Shown: positions 25,600-40,894 of the stretch, one piece after another
Numbering within the stretch: position 1 is the stretch's first letter
How the letters are laid out: every line of letters starts with the position of its first letter
From: Octopus sinensis
Taxonomy: Eukaryota
DNA: 64,000 nt
Direction: 5' to 3'
Assembly (NCBI RefSeq): GCF_006345805.1
Contig: NC_043000.1
Coordinates: forward strand, 96,968,001 to 97,032,000
Translations under genes and position numbers: made by a program
Notes under the pieces: generated by a model
What the model was told of the DNA's origin: nothing
The model's input: the letters and a program-made list of their open reading frames with translations, nothing else
Database searches by the model: none

Positions 25600-28575
25600 G
25601 CTTCCTAAGATTAAGTAAAAAGAAAATGGAAAAAAAGAAAGAAAAGCTCAGTTGCAGACATTATCGAGCTGCCTAACGGAGCACAATTTCAGGTCGTGGT
25701 GGAAGGTAGAAAGCCAAGGTTCCACACTTGTGGGTCTAACACTCATTTGAAGGCCCTCTGCTCACAACAGCTACAACAAAATGGAGCTAAAAGAACAGCG
25801 GCCCTGTTACCATCATCACAAGAAGGCCTAAAGCTGCAACAACAATTAATGCAGCAACAGCCATTAAACAACATCTTGAACTGCAACGGGCGACACAGAT
25901 ACGCCATGTACTGCCGACATTGGAGATTCAGAAGCCTTATCATGCGACGAGAAGGAATTGAATCTGCCAAGAAGGACTTGTGTTTGGGAAAAGCGGGAAA
26001 ATATTAAAAACATATGGCCGTCCTAAGCTAAAAAGTGATAATACAGGACGAGGAAAATTCACCTAATCCACCATTTACACTAACAACATCGACGCACTCA
26101 CCCGAATCCCAACAACAAAAGCAATGTAAATACTTTCAACCACAAACACAACTACAAAAAGCACCAAAACAGAAACAAATACACGAAGAGAAACAACAGT
26201 CACAAGAACAACCGGTACAACTTACTACAGAACGCCTCATCAACTTCACAGTCATTCGCAAGAGCAACAGCGAGCTGATGCAGGAAGTGGTGAACAACAT
26301 GAATATTCATACAAAATGAGTAGGGTTCGACGAATTCTTTCGAAATGTTTCCATGACAGACAGCTTAGAAAAACTGACACATGCACATAGCTAGAACTAA
26401 AAAGAAAATATCCAAAAGATATTAGGCCGTTTAAAGCCGGACAAAAGGACTTTGGGGAGGCCCTTCATTAAAGATAATGTTTCAGACAAGGCAGCTGAAT
26501 CAGCCGACATTCTCAAAATCCAAGGTAAGTGATCTTCCATTTTATTTCTCCGATAAACATGATTTTCAGAATGAAGTGTTTGAATGTTGTGGCCTTGGAT
26601 CAGCTCGGAAGTAAGATTACTTGCTAAATAACCCCAGGTCGCTCGATTTAGATGTGGCTGCAATTAGCGAGACAAGGATTTCCAATGCACAAGCAATAGC
26701 ACCCATTTTAGATTACTGTGAGATATTCTCAGCATGTGGTCTGTCGGGAGCGGGAGGCAGGTCCGAAAATCTCGAAGTATAGGTAATCTTCTTGGACGCG
26801 GGCGGCAGGATGGTGGTCCTAGATGGGAATGGCAATGAAGGTGGCGCCCTTAGACTGGTGATCGCTTATGCCTCGACAGGGGCTGGAAGGCAAGAATTCT
26901 TCAGGCGTCTATAAATATTCCTGGGAACTTGTCGTAGTTTAGTTCTAGGAGGGGACTGGAATGGGATCATGGACGCACGGAAGGACTGTGTGGGGCTAGT
27001 ACACAGAAGAAGGGAGAACAAAAGCCTCGAAAACCTACTCAAAATCTTCCCATTGTCTGATAGGTATCGACTGGATTTCTCTGATGTGTCAGTGTGGATA
27101 TGGAGCAACCACAATGGGTCATCCAGATCGTATCTAGATAAAGTATTTGTTAGATCAATGCATAGAGATAGAGTAAGTTGCCCACAATTTCAATTGGTCG
27201 GTTACACAGGCCACAAATTTGTGACCCGTACAGTCGAGTTAGATAGGACCCGTGGACAAGTATGCCGATACTGTAAGTTAAACGCGCCCTTTTCCGCCTG
27301 CAAAGACTACAGTGACCGCATTAGTGAACTAGTTAAGCGGCAGGTAATGGGGACAGTCTTCAACAACCGGTAGTGGGCCGCCCCGAAGTAGCTGATTAGA
27401 GAAATACCGATAGCGTTTAGCAAAGGGTTAGCTATAGAAAGGAATAGATTAGCGAGTGAACTAGTTAGCAAATTAGAAGAGGCGATTAGGAAGGGCGTCG
27501 CAACCGATGAGTTAGCGGCGAGAATAGCCCTTGATTATTTCTTCGAAGCGAAACACGAAGATTGCGTTGTCAGAGCTAAGGCCTGTGTGCTCAAATAGGA
27601 AAGAACTAAAGCTCTCTGATGGGCCCAAACGGTGGAGACGCGACGTGAAAACAAAACCACGATTAGAGCTTTGACGGATCGAGATGGGCGCGTGCTTGTT
27701 GTCTCCGAGAAGACGTGTGCGGCTTTTCAACAGCACATCGCGCAGCTGTATGGGAAGGGTGATGAGTCGACGACGGTAGTGGACGTTAATTCGTACCTGG
27801 ACTGTCTGCCGCGTCTCTCGGCAGCTGGTGCCAGGTTATGTCAAAAGCCGATAACAGCTGCTGAAATTCGGGAGGCGATGAGCGATTGCACAAGTCACAG
27901 ATCGCCCTGTTTCGATGGTCTGCCCATGTATTCTAAGTATTGATGCTAGATTTGTTTGACGATCTCTTAACAGACGTCTACCGCAACTGGCAACAGAACA
28001 GGAGAATTCTCAGTATTGTGACACTGCTGAGGAAGGACGCCTACCATAGGGATGTACTAGGGAATTTTCAGCTCATAACTCAGCTAAACACAGAGTTTAA
28101 GATTTTGGCCAAGGTGTTAGTGGAAAGGTTGGCGCTTGTCGTCGGTAGCGTGGCCGGAGAAGCGCAAACGTGCGTAATCCTTAGCAGGTCTATCCACGAC
28201 AACCTCCACCTTGCGATACGTCATAGAGAGGACTGGGACCAAAGCTGGCTTCGAGGGTGCTCTGATCAATTTGGATCAATCGGAAGCATTCGATAGGGTC
28301 AAACATCGCTACGTGGAAGCCATCCTGAAAGCAGACGATTTCGGACCCATTTTCAGAAGCTAGATCGCTGAAATGCACAGTAAACGGTTACCTATCGGAA
28401 CCGTCTGACATTGCATGCTGAGTCCGTCAAGGCTGCCCGATGTGAGTTGGTAGCAGGGGCTAAAATCGATGCTGATAAATCGGTGGGTTTGCGGCTGGGT
28501 TCCTGGAGAGGCAGGGTCGATGCCGTCGGACGGCGTCCTCGGATGCTGGACCGACGGATCTGTTAAACTGCTCAA
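25600..28575 (+). mobile_element. Tx1/L1-clade LINE, decayed (ORF1 zinc knuckle + APE endonuclease + partial RT)
   Basis: ORF1 ADIIELPNGAQFQVVVEGRKPRFHTCGSNTHLKALC; endonuclease motifs LDVAAISETR, GGDWNG, SYLDKVFV; RT motifs SPCFDGLP, ITQLNTEFKILAKVL, LDQSEAFDRV, RQGCP. The YADD region is deleted and the element is 3'-truncated. Confidence 0.9.
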
Positions 28576-28861
28576 AAGTTGTTAATTGCTGAAATTTTGT
28601 AATACAACATTTGTTTATGTAAACTAAATCGCATAGGGCCTATTAGCCTTTTCGTTTCTCGTTCCTTTAGAGCTCAAGTTTGTTACGAAAATCTTCATAT
28701 TTTGTTTTGAAAAACACATTTTATTTTTGGAGCATGGCATCAACTTTCAGTATCAGCAGACTGAAGTGAGAGGTAGGTGTTCCCAAAAGCAGGAGAAGCA
28801 CTGGAATAATAAGTTTGAAGCGTTAAAAGTTCAAAGTTCAAATATACTAATACCTGTGTGA

Positions 28862-28898
<37 letters not shown>

Positions 28899-29449
28899 CA
28901 TCATGATCTTGTGTGGTGTTCATGATTTACTCAACAATATTAATTGGTTACACCCCAATACAGACTGCATACTTTGGTTCACCAGGAGCCAACCAATGCA
29001 CAATAAATAAGCTTCCCAAATAACAGCAACGTTGAGTCTTTATGATATCCTTATTGTGAATTTTCCGTTGTCTAGGAAGCATTTTAGTTATACTATCTAA
29101 TGTGAATTTATAGTTATCAATGAATAAAACGCATTCAGAGTCTAAAGGCATACCTGTATCACCTAAATTACGTGGGATACAGTAAATAGGAGACTGTTAT
29201 ACAATATAGTTAACACCACTTTAGTAGCTGCTAAACGTACAGTAAGCCTTTTCACGGCATTATCTAACACCATGAGTACCAAATAACGAATACCTGTTTA
29301 TTATATGGTAATTAAACTGTAATGAAGTAAAAGATAAAAAAAAAAGCATTTCAAAGTTAAAATAACATTTTTCAAATAAATGAAAAACATATTTGTATTA
29401 AAAAATATTGAAAAAACTTTTCTTTAAGTTCCTCTACTTTTGTGTTTTA

Positions 29450-31330
29450 TCGTCAATGCACTGTCTTCAATAAATTTCTTTATTAATTTCCCAATGTCGC
29501 TGTTTTTTGTTTCGAGTCCATCAACAAATATCGTCTCCATCAACATGTTTCATGTCCATCAATGATTTTCGGTATTAACCACACTGTCGATAAACTGATC
29601 TGAAAATATTTGTATTAATTCAATATCGTTGTCAACTGCAACCCAGTCACCGATACCTTTTCCCTCGAGACTATGATTTTCAATGGATGCTGTTTGGACT
29701 GTCTGCATTATTTCTTTAGTGCTCTGTCTAACGTTGAAAATTATCAAAATCCCCTTCATCTTCATCATCATCATTAAATTGTCAGACATGAAAATAAACC
29801 AACATTTTCTGCAATAAACTGACAGATTTAAATGAATCAATGCAATAGAAGCTGCAAAGAGCGCATCCTTAAATGTAAATTGATATTAAAAGTCAGGGAC
29901 AGACACATCGCTGTTGATTAATTGATTTTTCATAATTATTTCTATGGTCACAGAGAAGTGACGTTGGGTGGTAAATAATGAAAAACTATTTCCACAACCT
30001 GAAACGAATTTAGATTCGTGACGATGAAATTATTGTAGAATAAGAAGCAATTAATGTCTGAAGGCATACCTATATCACATAAATTAAATCGAACTGCTAC
30101 CATAAATTTGTCAGTAAACCAGTCGTTAAAAAGTCCTTTATTTAGGTATGCATTTTTTACGACTTATTCCTTTCAAGGATCTAGGATGATGAAATAATCA
30201 GCCACTAAAAGTTCTATCCTTTGTAAACCACATGTGTTCACTCATTTAAGAACTGTCAGTCGTTATTTATTAAGCTTGAACAACTAGAACTTGTTTCATT
30301 GGTATCTGACAATGTTTTGTTGGTAAAATATTTCCAGTAAAGCCCAGTTTCTTTGGTGTCATAGTGTTTCTTAACAAGTATATCAAATGTCGTGTACTTC
30401 GATATAGCCACTTCTATGCCTGTTTGTCGTTGTTTTCTAGAAATTTCCAATATTCATAATCCACTGTGTATACTAAATCTCGACAACAAACGAACCGAGG
30501 AAACAACTAAAATCTTCAAATTCATTTTGTCGTTGAAATTTAAAAAAAAAATTATAAACCAAGATGTAGCCAAACATTTCGATCGCTTGAGTTGAAAAAA
30601 AACAAACAAACATTCGCACAATATTTTACCTAAAATTTTACGTACTTCAGAGATTCTCCTGTTTGTTTATATTGTTAGTCTCAGAACAGGTTATAAAATG
30701 TGTGTTCTTATATCGTATAAAATCAGTGATCCGATAATATATTCTGTCAATAACATACTTCTATTTATGTCTTGTTTTATTTTCTTATTGACAACAATTT
30801 TATTAACAGGTTTTAACATTCTACTAAGTATTTTTTCCTTCTCATTCTTCTAAGTAACTTTAGGCATTGTGATGAGTTATATGATGTATAATATAACAGA
30901 GAATATAGCTTTCAAAGATGTTCACTCCTGAGACTGAAACTTCAATACAACCCATGTGAACTTTTACACCATCTTAAAAATAATTTGTTGCAGAAAATAT
31001 ACAACATCAAACGAAATTTATGCATTTTGTGATTCTCTATAAACTTCCATAGATCTTATGGCTTTCAAAGTAAGCGTAGAATTTCCACTGGTACAACTAG
31101 AAAAGGATAAAAAAATGTTTAAAATACAGCACCAAACGTTTCACATGTCTGCATGGTGTTCACTTTACACATGGTGACAGCGGATATAAAACTAGCGAAA
31201 ATAAATAAAGCTCATAGCTTTCGTTATGTAAGATAATTTTCATACGCCGTTAGCTTGGGTTTTTCGTTATTCAAGATGTCGTCATTTGAGAATTTATTGT
31301 ATTCTGCAACCTCTACTATTTTTATATCAA
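29450..31330 (-). mobile_element. pogo/Tigger-like transposase remnant
   Basis: Fragmentary translation: VSVSGVNIFE (CENP-B HTH-like), NAYLNKDFFNDWF, YLPPNVTSL*P, TFKDALFAASIA...RKCW, WVAVDND. Confidence 0.6.
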
Positions 31331-32137
31331 ATCTTTCCATCATTTCTCCAGTCATGCAAACAACATGGGGTTTGTAAATCTGGGATTGATCGTTGTAAAA
31401 CGAGAAAACATTTGAAACTGAAATAATGTTGGAACAATTCTCAAAAAAAGTCTAACTGGAGTCGTGACGAGTTGATAGGTACTGTGACTCTCAGTCATTC
31501 TACCTGAAATACTGATTTCTAAAGTATACTCAAGGTCGAAATTTTGGAGTGGGGTATAGTAGATTATATTGCCCTCATAATTCCATGCATCTTTGAAGAG
31601 CATTAGTTTCATAAAGTGAATTGATAGCGACTTCTACCTGGAATTGAAACCTCTTCGCACTCATGTTCTCTTAGGCACTCGCTGCTAAATAACAATGTAC
31701 AGATTTATAGGTGTTGGAGTCATAATGGACTGCATTGAGTTCAGTACATCATACGTACTTAGTCTATTAACTGAGTCAGAGTAAATGAACTCCCTACTTG
31801 GTCGTTGGACCTGTTAGAAATCGCAGCCAAATATTTCTCAAATAACTCCCAAACATGAAAAAAACGCACCGGATAATATATATCTGGATACACAATGTGG
31901 CCCACTCTCACCCCACACCACCAAAGTGAAGAGAGGATACGAGCAATGGCAATGGCTTGAATTCTTGTTTCGAACTATCGCTAGAGATAAACAATAACAG
32001 CTAGGAAGATATGAGAAGCAGTCAACGCTATCGATATTTGAACCCAGAATATTAAAGCAGAAAACTATACCGCATTTGTATTGTGGATGCATAGGTATTT
32101 TACTTCACTCCAGCAATTCTATAACTACTACAGTGTA

Positions 32138-32293
32138 CAGCACTCATTGGCAAACTGCGGCCTGCGGGATTTTCTGAATGACACGTCTAACGAAAAGTTA
32201 CTTTGAAATTTGCTTAGCAGTGTGCCTCGCTTGGTGATGAATCATGTCCCATGCAGCCCGCTTCTCGAAAAACGTTGCCCATGCAAGTAGAGT
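32138..32293. mobile_element. Possible hAT-type MITE
   Basis: Ends ...TTGGCAAACTGCGGCCTGCGGG and GCAGCCC...AAAAACGTTGCCCA resemble hAT MITE termini; no TSD found. Confidence 0.35.
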
Positions 32294-32769
32294 CCGATAT
32301 TGTTTATGTTGTTACTGAGAAATCATCCCGTGCCAATTCTGATGTTTCTACTGTCTCGCAAGCCATTTCAGAACTATTTCTTGCAAAATTCTTTGTATAC
32401 GAAACGAAAATCTGCTATCGTCATCAACTAACCAACTAGAATAAGATTTTCTTTTTTCATATATAATTTTTTATCTGTATTTATTCATTTACTTTTTGTC
32501 TTTGTCTTATTACAATATCAGATGGACAATCTTCTACGCTGAGTGAAAATATCTAATTCCTGCAGACAATATTCAACCAATTCTTGCCAGAAAATCGCCT
32601 TAACTGAAGAAATTAGCATAAACTATTTCCTGTTAACAGCTAAACTAATCACAATATATTCTAAAGCTATGTAAACTGTACACATATATGACTATACTTG
32701 CACGTATGTGTAGCAAAGTATGCATTTGTGTAGCGTACACGTAAGCTTGTAACTATGTATTTGTACTTG

Positions 32770-32855
<86 letters not shown>

Positions 32856-33161
32856 CGTCAGTCAGTCAGTCAGTAAGCCTGTCCGTCTACTTATCAATGT
32901 ATGTGTATGAATGCATTTATGTGTGTATATATTTGTGAATGTGAATGTATATATGTACTTCTATGCGTATATAGTTATGGCTGTATGTATGTGAATATGT
33001 GTACATGTATGCACACATATTTGATTGTTTTCTTTATCGCATGCCGATGTGAGTCTATAATGTGTGTTTGTATGTGTGTATGCAAGCATATTTTACGCTT
33101 CTCTCTCTCTATCTGATACACATATATATATATATATATGTATATTAGTGTATATATATAT

Positions 33162-33215
<54 letters not shown>

Positions 33216-33567
33216 TATGTCTGTATAATATCTACATATATATGCATATATATATGTGTGTGTATTTATATATATGTATATATGTCTATATAATATCTAC
33301 GTGTTGTTACTGAGAAATCATCCCGTGCCAATTCATATATAAATGCATGGTATGTATACACACATGAACATTTGTACTTACATACATCCTCTTAGGACCT
33401 CCACATACAAACACAGGCATACACACACACATCCAGTCACTTGCTAGCATACACACATACACACACAATATTTTATTTGCTGGTACTGTTCCAGCAGGGC
33501 TGCAGTCGAATAGTGAAACCAATTAAGTATATTTACATATTTATATACATCCACATATGTGTGTGTG

Positions 33568-33636
<69 letters not shown>

Positions 33637-34556
33637 TGTGTGTGTATAGTCAGTATATGGTTGTAGAGTAGAAATTATATTCATAACTGAATTTCATTAG
33701 TTTCCTAACATCAGACGAATGATAGAACAACCAATGTTCTCTCAGCAAATATGTAGACAAAAGTAAGCAAAACTTCTGGATGGAAATCGCAGATGCAGTT
33801 AGCATGTCTTCAATTGGCTGTTTTTCTTTCCCTTGTTTTGTATATTCAACGAACTAAAATGAAGGAGTTGTTTGTTCAAGGGACTCTGCGTAGATAACCA
33901 AATAAGGAGAAAAATTGGTAAGACTTTCACAAGAAGCGCGGTCCATACTTCAGTGGTAAGTGACTATATAATATCGTCATCGTCAGGTATCGCAACCTTT
34001 TGCAGCGCGTTGATGACACTATAACTAAAGTCCTCTCACTTAAGCACGGGTTCTTCCATCGGATAAAGCTATAACATTACTTCGTTCGGACTTCCTGAAA
34101 GTGTTTCCATGGCAAGGATATTAGGGTGGTCCGTACGTGTCTTTTGCTGTTGTATTTTTTTTTCTGGGTGGGGAACGGACGGCAGGTGAGTATCTGTACA
34201 ATAGTTTAAGAAACATTTATTTTTCTCTTCACTTGATATGATTGGCAAACACCGTTTATTAAGGTTGCTGTCGTACAAGTTTGTGATAATTTCTGTGTTA
34301 CACAGTTTGCAGGTCTTTGATAATTGGGAATAACGTGTTTTCGCTGCTGACAATATCCCAAATTGTTTATAGTTTTGTCTTAGAAAAAGCAAACACTACC
34401 GATTTGTTAACATTGGCTTCGTGCTAAAACTGGTTTATTGCTTTTACTGAATTTTGTACGAGCCAAGGGTGTTAACGTGAGCACTTGACCTGCAAAAATT
34501 GCCATCAAATGTCTATCAAATCACATCTTGTCGGGTTGAAAAGAGAGTTATTGATA

Positions 34557-34967
34557 GGCGCAGGAGTGGCTGTGTGGTAAGTAGCTTGCTTACCAGCCAC
34601 ATGGTTCTGGGTTCAATTGCACTGTGTGGCACCATGGCCAAGTGTCTTCTACTATAGCCTCGGGCGGACCAAAGCCCTGTGAGTGGATTTGATAGACGGA
34701 AACTGAAAGAAGCCTGTCGTATATATATATATATGTGTGTGTGTGTGCGGATATGTTTGTGTGTCTGTGTTTGTCCCCCAACATCGTTTGACAACCGATG
34801 CTGGTGAGTTTACGTCCTCGTAACCTAGCGGTTCGGCAAAAGAGACCGATAGAATAAGTACTAGGCTTACAAAGAATAAGTCCTGGGCTCGATTTGCTCG
34901 ACTAAGGGCGGTGCTCCAGCATGGCCGCAGTCAAATGACTGAAACAAGTAAAAGAGTAAAAGAGTAA
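34557..34967 (+). mobile_element. SINE family B, full length
   Basis: Complete head, body and (AAAGAGT)n-like tail. Confidence 0.88.
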
Positions 34968-35097
34968 TGTAATTTAGATACATTGTGTCTAAAAGTATAA
35001 TGAAATTGTTACTACCCAAACACCTCTGATAATTGGTCTTCTCAGAGCTGAGATTAAGTTAAACAACATCGATTTTCAATGGATAGAATAGAACAGA

Positions 35098-35098
<1 letters not shown>

Positions 35099-35152
<54 letters not shown>

Positions 35153-35210
35153 CATACATACATACATACATACATACGTACATACATACATACATACATA
35201 CATACATACA

Positions 35211-35244
<34 letters not shown>

Positions 35245-35284
35245 CATACATACATACATACATACATACATGCATACATACATA
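35099..35284. repeat. Compound (GATA)n-(CATA)n microsatellite
   Basis: Direct reading. Confidence 0.95.
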
Positions 35285-35720
35285 GAGTAACTGCTGTATT
35301 TGTTGAGTAAATAAACAGTTTGGCCGCTTGTTTCTCTGGAGAATGAGAACCCAATAAAGTTCGAAAATCGATTAAAGTTGTTCATTCATCTTTTAGTCTG
35401 CGGAGAAATGGCTAAAAATTTGCCCTGTTTATAATTAATCCACGTTACATATTTATTAAATCGTGCCTTGATACTGTGTGGACTAAGGCCGCCATTGACA
35501 GGCCGCTGGTATTTATAGTGTTAAACACGTTCGGTATGCAAATTAGGGACTCCTTCATAGAGTAACTGCTGCATTTGTTGAATATATAAACATTTTAGTT
35601 GCTTGTTTCTCTGGAGACTGTCAGAATGATGTAAACGCAACTGATGAGAACGCAACAAGGTTCTTCAGACTGCAGGAAAATGGCTGAAGATTTGCCCCAT
35701 TTATAATTATAACATATGTT
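35281..35720 (+). repeat. Degenerate head-to-tail dimer (275 bp period) with split hammerhead-like motifs
   Basis: CATAGAGTAACTGCTG at 35281 and 35556; each copy keeps a complementary half of CUGAUGA-GAAC-loop-GUUC-GAAA-AUCGAU-UA. Confidence 0.55.
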
Positions 35721-36296
35721 TCATGTATGTATATATATATATATATATATAATGTAGTTTTGTCGTCCCAAACAACTCGAACTTTATAATAAATTTAACT
35801 ACACTCTTACAATTGAATCGCTCTGTCAGTAAATGTACGTTTGTTATATCAAAACTAAGAGTAAAATAATAGCCTTACTTTAACATATACAGACAGATAC
35901 ACGTGCACACATAATTTGTTTAACTGGTTTTAGCAAATTTGATTGCAGTTACACAGTGATATACATGCAGACATATTAATATATGTATTACTTATAACGC
36001 AGTAGGTTCGCACAATCAGTAACACGCTGTGCAAAATGCTTAGCAGCATTTTAACCGTCTTCACTTCTGAGTTATGCCGTAGTCGACTTTGCTTTCATCC
36101 TTTTAGAGATCGATAAAATAAGTAACAGTTGGAGGCTGGGGATGATGTAATCGATTAATCCTCTCCCCAGAAATTGCTGGCATTGCGCCAAAATTTGAAG
36201 CTAATATATATATATATATATATATATTGACCGCATGTGTATCGTTGTTGATTTTCTTTCTCCGTCTTCCCTTCCTTGGACCTTTCCTTTTTCTAT

Positions 36297-36331
36297 GTTT
36301 CTGACGAAGATTTCTGCTCAAAACGTCAAAT
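36297..36331 (+). ncRNA. Minimal hammerhead relic in a Penelope-type repeat (36250-36405)
   Basis: GUUU-CUGACGA-AGAUUUCUGCUC-AAAA-CGUC-AAAU; GAAA is mutated to AAAA. Confidence 0.5.
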
Positions 36332-36399
36332 CTTCCTTCTTTCTTTCCTATCCTGTGCGTCCTCGCATTGTTGTGTTTTCTCTTTGTTCATGTTTGGAT

Positions 36400-36487
<88 letters not shown>

Positions 36488-37959
36488 TTCTGATTAAAAT
36501 AACTTTTCTCAGTAAATCTTCGTGTGTTTTTTGTCATATTTTTTATCGATAAATTAAGTTTATGAAGTTTCAAGAGCCAGGTCTCTGGGTCGTCAGAAAG
36601 TAGAAACAATAGCTACATGAAGACAGCAGCTTCATACCGATCCTTGATTTAGTGGATGTTGTGTCAAAACAACTCCCATTCAGTGATGACTACATTCAGT
36701 TCCAAAGCGCGTACGCAAATGCTCTGACGTTACTTCTGCCTAAACCAATCACATCCAGTTAGTTTTAAAAGGTTCATTTGATCTATGTGTCTGCACATGT
36801 GAACATAGATCATATTATTAACAGGGAGGGAGAACTATCGATTTAATCCACTTTTATATTTTAATTATTGGTTGTTTTCTTAACCCTGTGACGTCGTCAA
36901 AGTTTGAATTCAGAGCAACATAGCGTTGGAATAGATATAGTCAACCATTTATTTTGACGATATGTTGCTTAACTGAATTTTTGTAAGAATAGACACAAAG
37001 CAAAAATGAGGTTTAATGTAATAGCTTCATGTCGCTTAGGCGTCAGTTACGTTGTTTTGTTTACATATTAACCTACGAAACATAATTTTATTTTGCTATT
37101 TAATTGAAAATAAAGTTAATATAAATAAGCTTATTTTTAAACTATTGAATTTTATTTTAATGAAAAGATAATGACCTTTCTGAGGAAAAAAAAACCGCAG
37201 AAGATAAGCAAACGTGGCGACGAAATGCCGACGGTCTTGCTGCGCGTGTGCATGTGTGTATGTTTATATGTTTGTGTGTATTTGTGTGTGTGTGTGTGTG
37301 TATGTGTGTGTGTGCGCGTGTGCGTGCGTGTACGTGTGCGTGAGTGTGCATATCTGTATATTTATACATATATTTGAACGTTATACATATATATGGATAT
37401 ACATAATGCATATATACATACGCATCTATTTATACATTTTGTATAATTTTTCTATTATATATATGTATATATATATAATTCTTAAACAAGAATGTTGTTG
37501 ACAATGACTTCGAAGTTTCGTCGAACCGCGATGCATTAAGTTAGTCTTGCCTTTACATAATCTCTGTTGAGTTAAAATCTTCCTTGGGTATATAGATTTG
37601 AGAGGAGTGGAAATTAGGTTTTAGGGTGGATTGTTATGGAGAGATGTTTTGGAGAAATACTCATTGATTAAATTTGGGGTTATGCTATTGTTTAGAATTT
37701 GTCAATCTGTCTCGTAGTCTTTCTCTCCCTCTCTTTCTTTTTTCTTTCCTTCTCTCTCTTTCTCTCTCTCTCTCTCAGTCATGTGTGTTATATACACTAC
37801 ACTATCTCATTTGCAACAAGCTACTGTTAGTATTATGTCAGGAAAAAGATGTTTGGCTTATCTTTTATCAAGCTGCTGCCATCTCTCCGGCCTTCTTCAT
37901 ATCTATCCTCAGAATGGTTACCAATAATTCGCTATTGTATCTATAATATATACATATAA

Positions 37960-38170
37960 GGCAGCGAGCTGGTTGAAACGTTAGCACGCCGGGCGAAATA
38001 CTTAGCGGTATTTCGTCTGTCTTTACGTTCTGAGTTTAAATTCCGCCGAGGTCGACTTTGCCTTTCATCCTTTCGGAATCGATAAATTAAGTACCAGTTA
38101 CATACTGAGGTCGATCTAATCGACAGGCCCCTCCCCCCAAATTTTGGCCTTATGCCTACAATAGAAAAGA
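37960..38170 (+). mobile_element. SINE family A
   Basis: Near-consensus copy. Confidence 0.88.
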
Positions 38171-38229
38171 ATATATACATATATACATACGCATGTATGC
38201 ATGTATATATGCGTGTGTGTGTGTATTTA

Positions 38230-38292
<63 letters not shown>

Positions 38293-38294
38293 TA

Positions 38295-38358
<64 letters not shown>

Positions 38359-40691
38359 GCACCATTGTACAATACTGGCAATTCTACATGCGATCTTTTC
38401 TTTGAAGAAATGTATTATATATTTACTTCTAGATCAATTTTATTAAATTTTAATGGAGGTTTCACAACAAAATGTTGACACAAATTTCGAAAGACACAAA
38501 TATTCCAATTCTTAACTGCTTTCCATATATTATATAATAAACATAATTTTTCTAAAAAAATGTTTACTATAAATAGATAACTAATTGTCATGGTTTTAAA
38601 TCTACGTTGCTAATTGTCGTAGAACTCTTATGCTTAAGGTTTTTCTTTAGTTATCAAGTAACGTCAATGTGCAATAATTGCTCTTTGAAAGACCAGCTGT
38701 AGGGAAGGCTTTGGTAGTCAATTTGCCCACACAAGACCCAAAAAAGAAATGACTCCTCGAATGTAGAAATTTATATGCGCTTGTCAACTGTACCACTCAC
38801 AAAATAGGTTGCTTACCATACACAATAACCCAAGTGTAGAAAGTTTTACGACTACGTATCAAAAGCAATGAACATCTCCAAGTACACCATCATTCAAAAA
38901 ACAATTTAGCATACACAAATACAGGATCAAGTACATCGCGGTCATCAACAATTCTGTAAACACCCAAATCAGTAACTTGGAAAATAAAGAACCCATTGTG
39001 ATATAATTAAAAAAACAAAAACCAACGGCCACTAACTAGCTTCAATCGATTTAGACCTGAGAGGCTGTTATAGCCACATCTCAACAATATGACAATACCT
39101 GACAGAGTTCATCGTACATAGGCCACGACCCATTGACACAATCCATATTTCCAAATTCCGTATCTTTTTGTATGTTGTATTTTGACTACTGCCCGAATGT
39201 ATTTCTCTCTTGTTTTCTAAGCGTTTTCGAAATGAGCATTTTACTGGAAATATCAGGATTAAATTAAATATTTTCAAGGCAAGGGTTTCAATATTTTTGT
39301 TATTGATATTATTGATATTTCATAACCTATACCACATTGGTTCTTAACATTTTCCGAAGTGTTTTAGGCAAAACTACAACAGCACATGAGGTGCGTGTGT
39401 AAATATATATATATATATCATACACACACACATATATCTACAAGTGTCGTGTGTGATTATAGATATACTTATAATTGTATATATTTATGTGTGAATATGT
39501 GTGTGTGTGTGTGTGTACATATATATGCATATATGTGTCTGCATATATACGATTATCAATGAGATTAAGAAACAAATTTTTGATGTTACAAAATTACAAA
39601 AATGTTATAGACGCATATAGTAAATTTATACTTTAAATTATGGGACTATATCACACACAGGCAAACGCATACACACACAGGGACAAAGACACACAGACGC
39701 ACACATGCTTGGCTGTAGAATGATGAACACAATACATTTAATTCAGATTATTCACTCATTCGTAGGGGACGATTTGAATGAACACTCGTCATTATTCTCT
39801 ATGCTGTCTTCCTGCATATTCGACCCATGTCTTTCATTGCTCCTCGGTCGATAATACTGACACGGCAACCGATTTAGGGAAATGCTATGATTCAGGAAAA
39901 TACTATAAATTATGAACAGTATACTATACAGGAACGTGTGACTCAAGGAAGCTACAACTCAAGCAAACACAACTAGGGAAAAAAAGAGGTACCTAATCTT
40001 GAAGCATTTACATAGAATGGTGGATGTACACTGTAATATGGCAGAGACTGACAATGACTAACACAATAGTCTTTATATTTTTGCTTCCACTGACAGCGTT
40101 TAATCCGTTTATTGTGTTAAAACCGAGGGAAAATATTACTATTGTTGTTGTTATTTATTTATATATTGTAGATGCAGTTTCTGTTTAAGTTTTTATGTTA
40201 GTTTAAGCATGTGAGTATATACAAAAGTGTGTATGTATGCATATATAATATATGAATGCACATATATTTATACATATGCTATGCATATGTATATGAATAT
40301 ATATTTAAATACATTTCTACGAATGTACATATAAATGTGTGTTTATGAATATGTATATATTTATACTTACGTATATATATGTATACTATTATGTCGCACA
40401 TATATATTATAGCTCCCTCTGTCTCTGTCTGTCTGTCTCTCTCTCTGTCTATATGTATATACAGACACACATATATATATATATACACACATATGCACAC
40501 ACACTCACACATATATACAAATATAAGTATATATATATATATACACATATATATAAACGTATATATACATATTATATATACATATATTATATATACCCAT
40601 TTATGCACAAATATAGAAACATATACATATACGTAAAATCCCACATACTGCTGATGTACACCAAAGCAGTTAAAAGGATATGCACTGCCCT

Positions 40692-40894
<203 letters not shown>

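Noticed and set aside
34069-34392. 107-aa ORF with CKLC
   Set aside because: No further motif or splice support that I can recognise.
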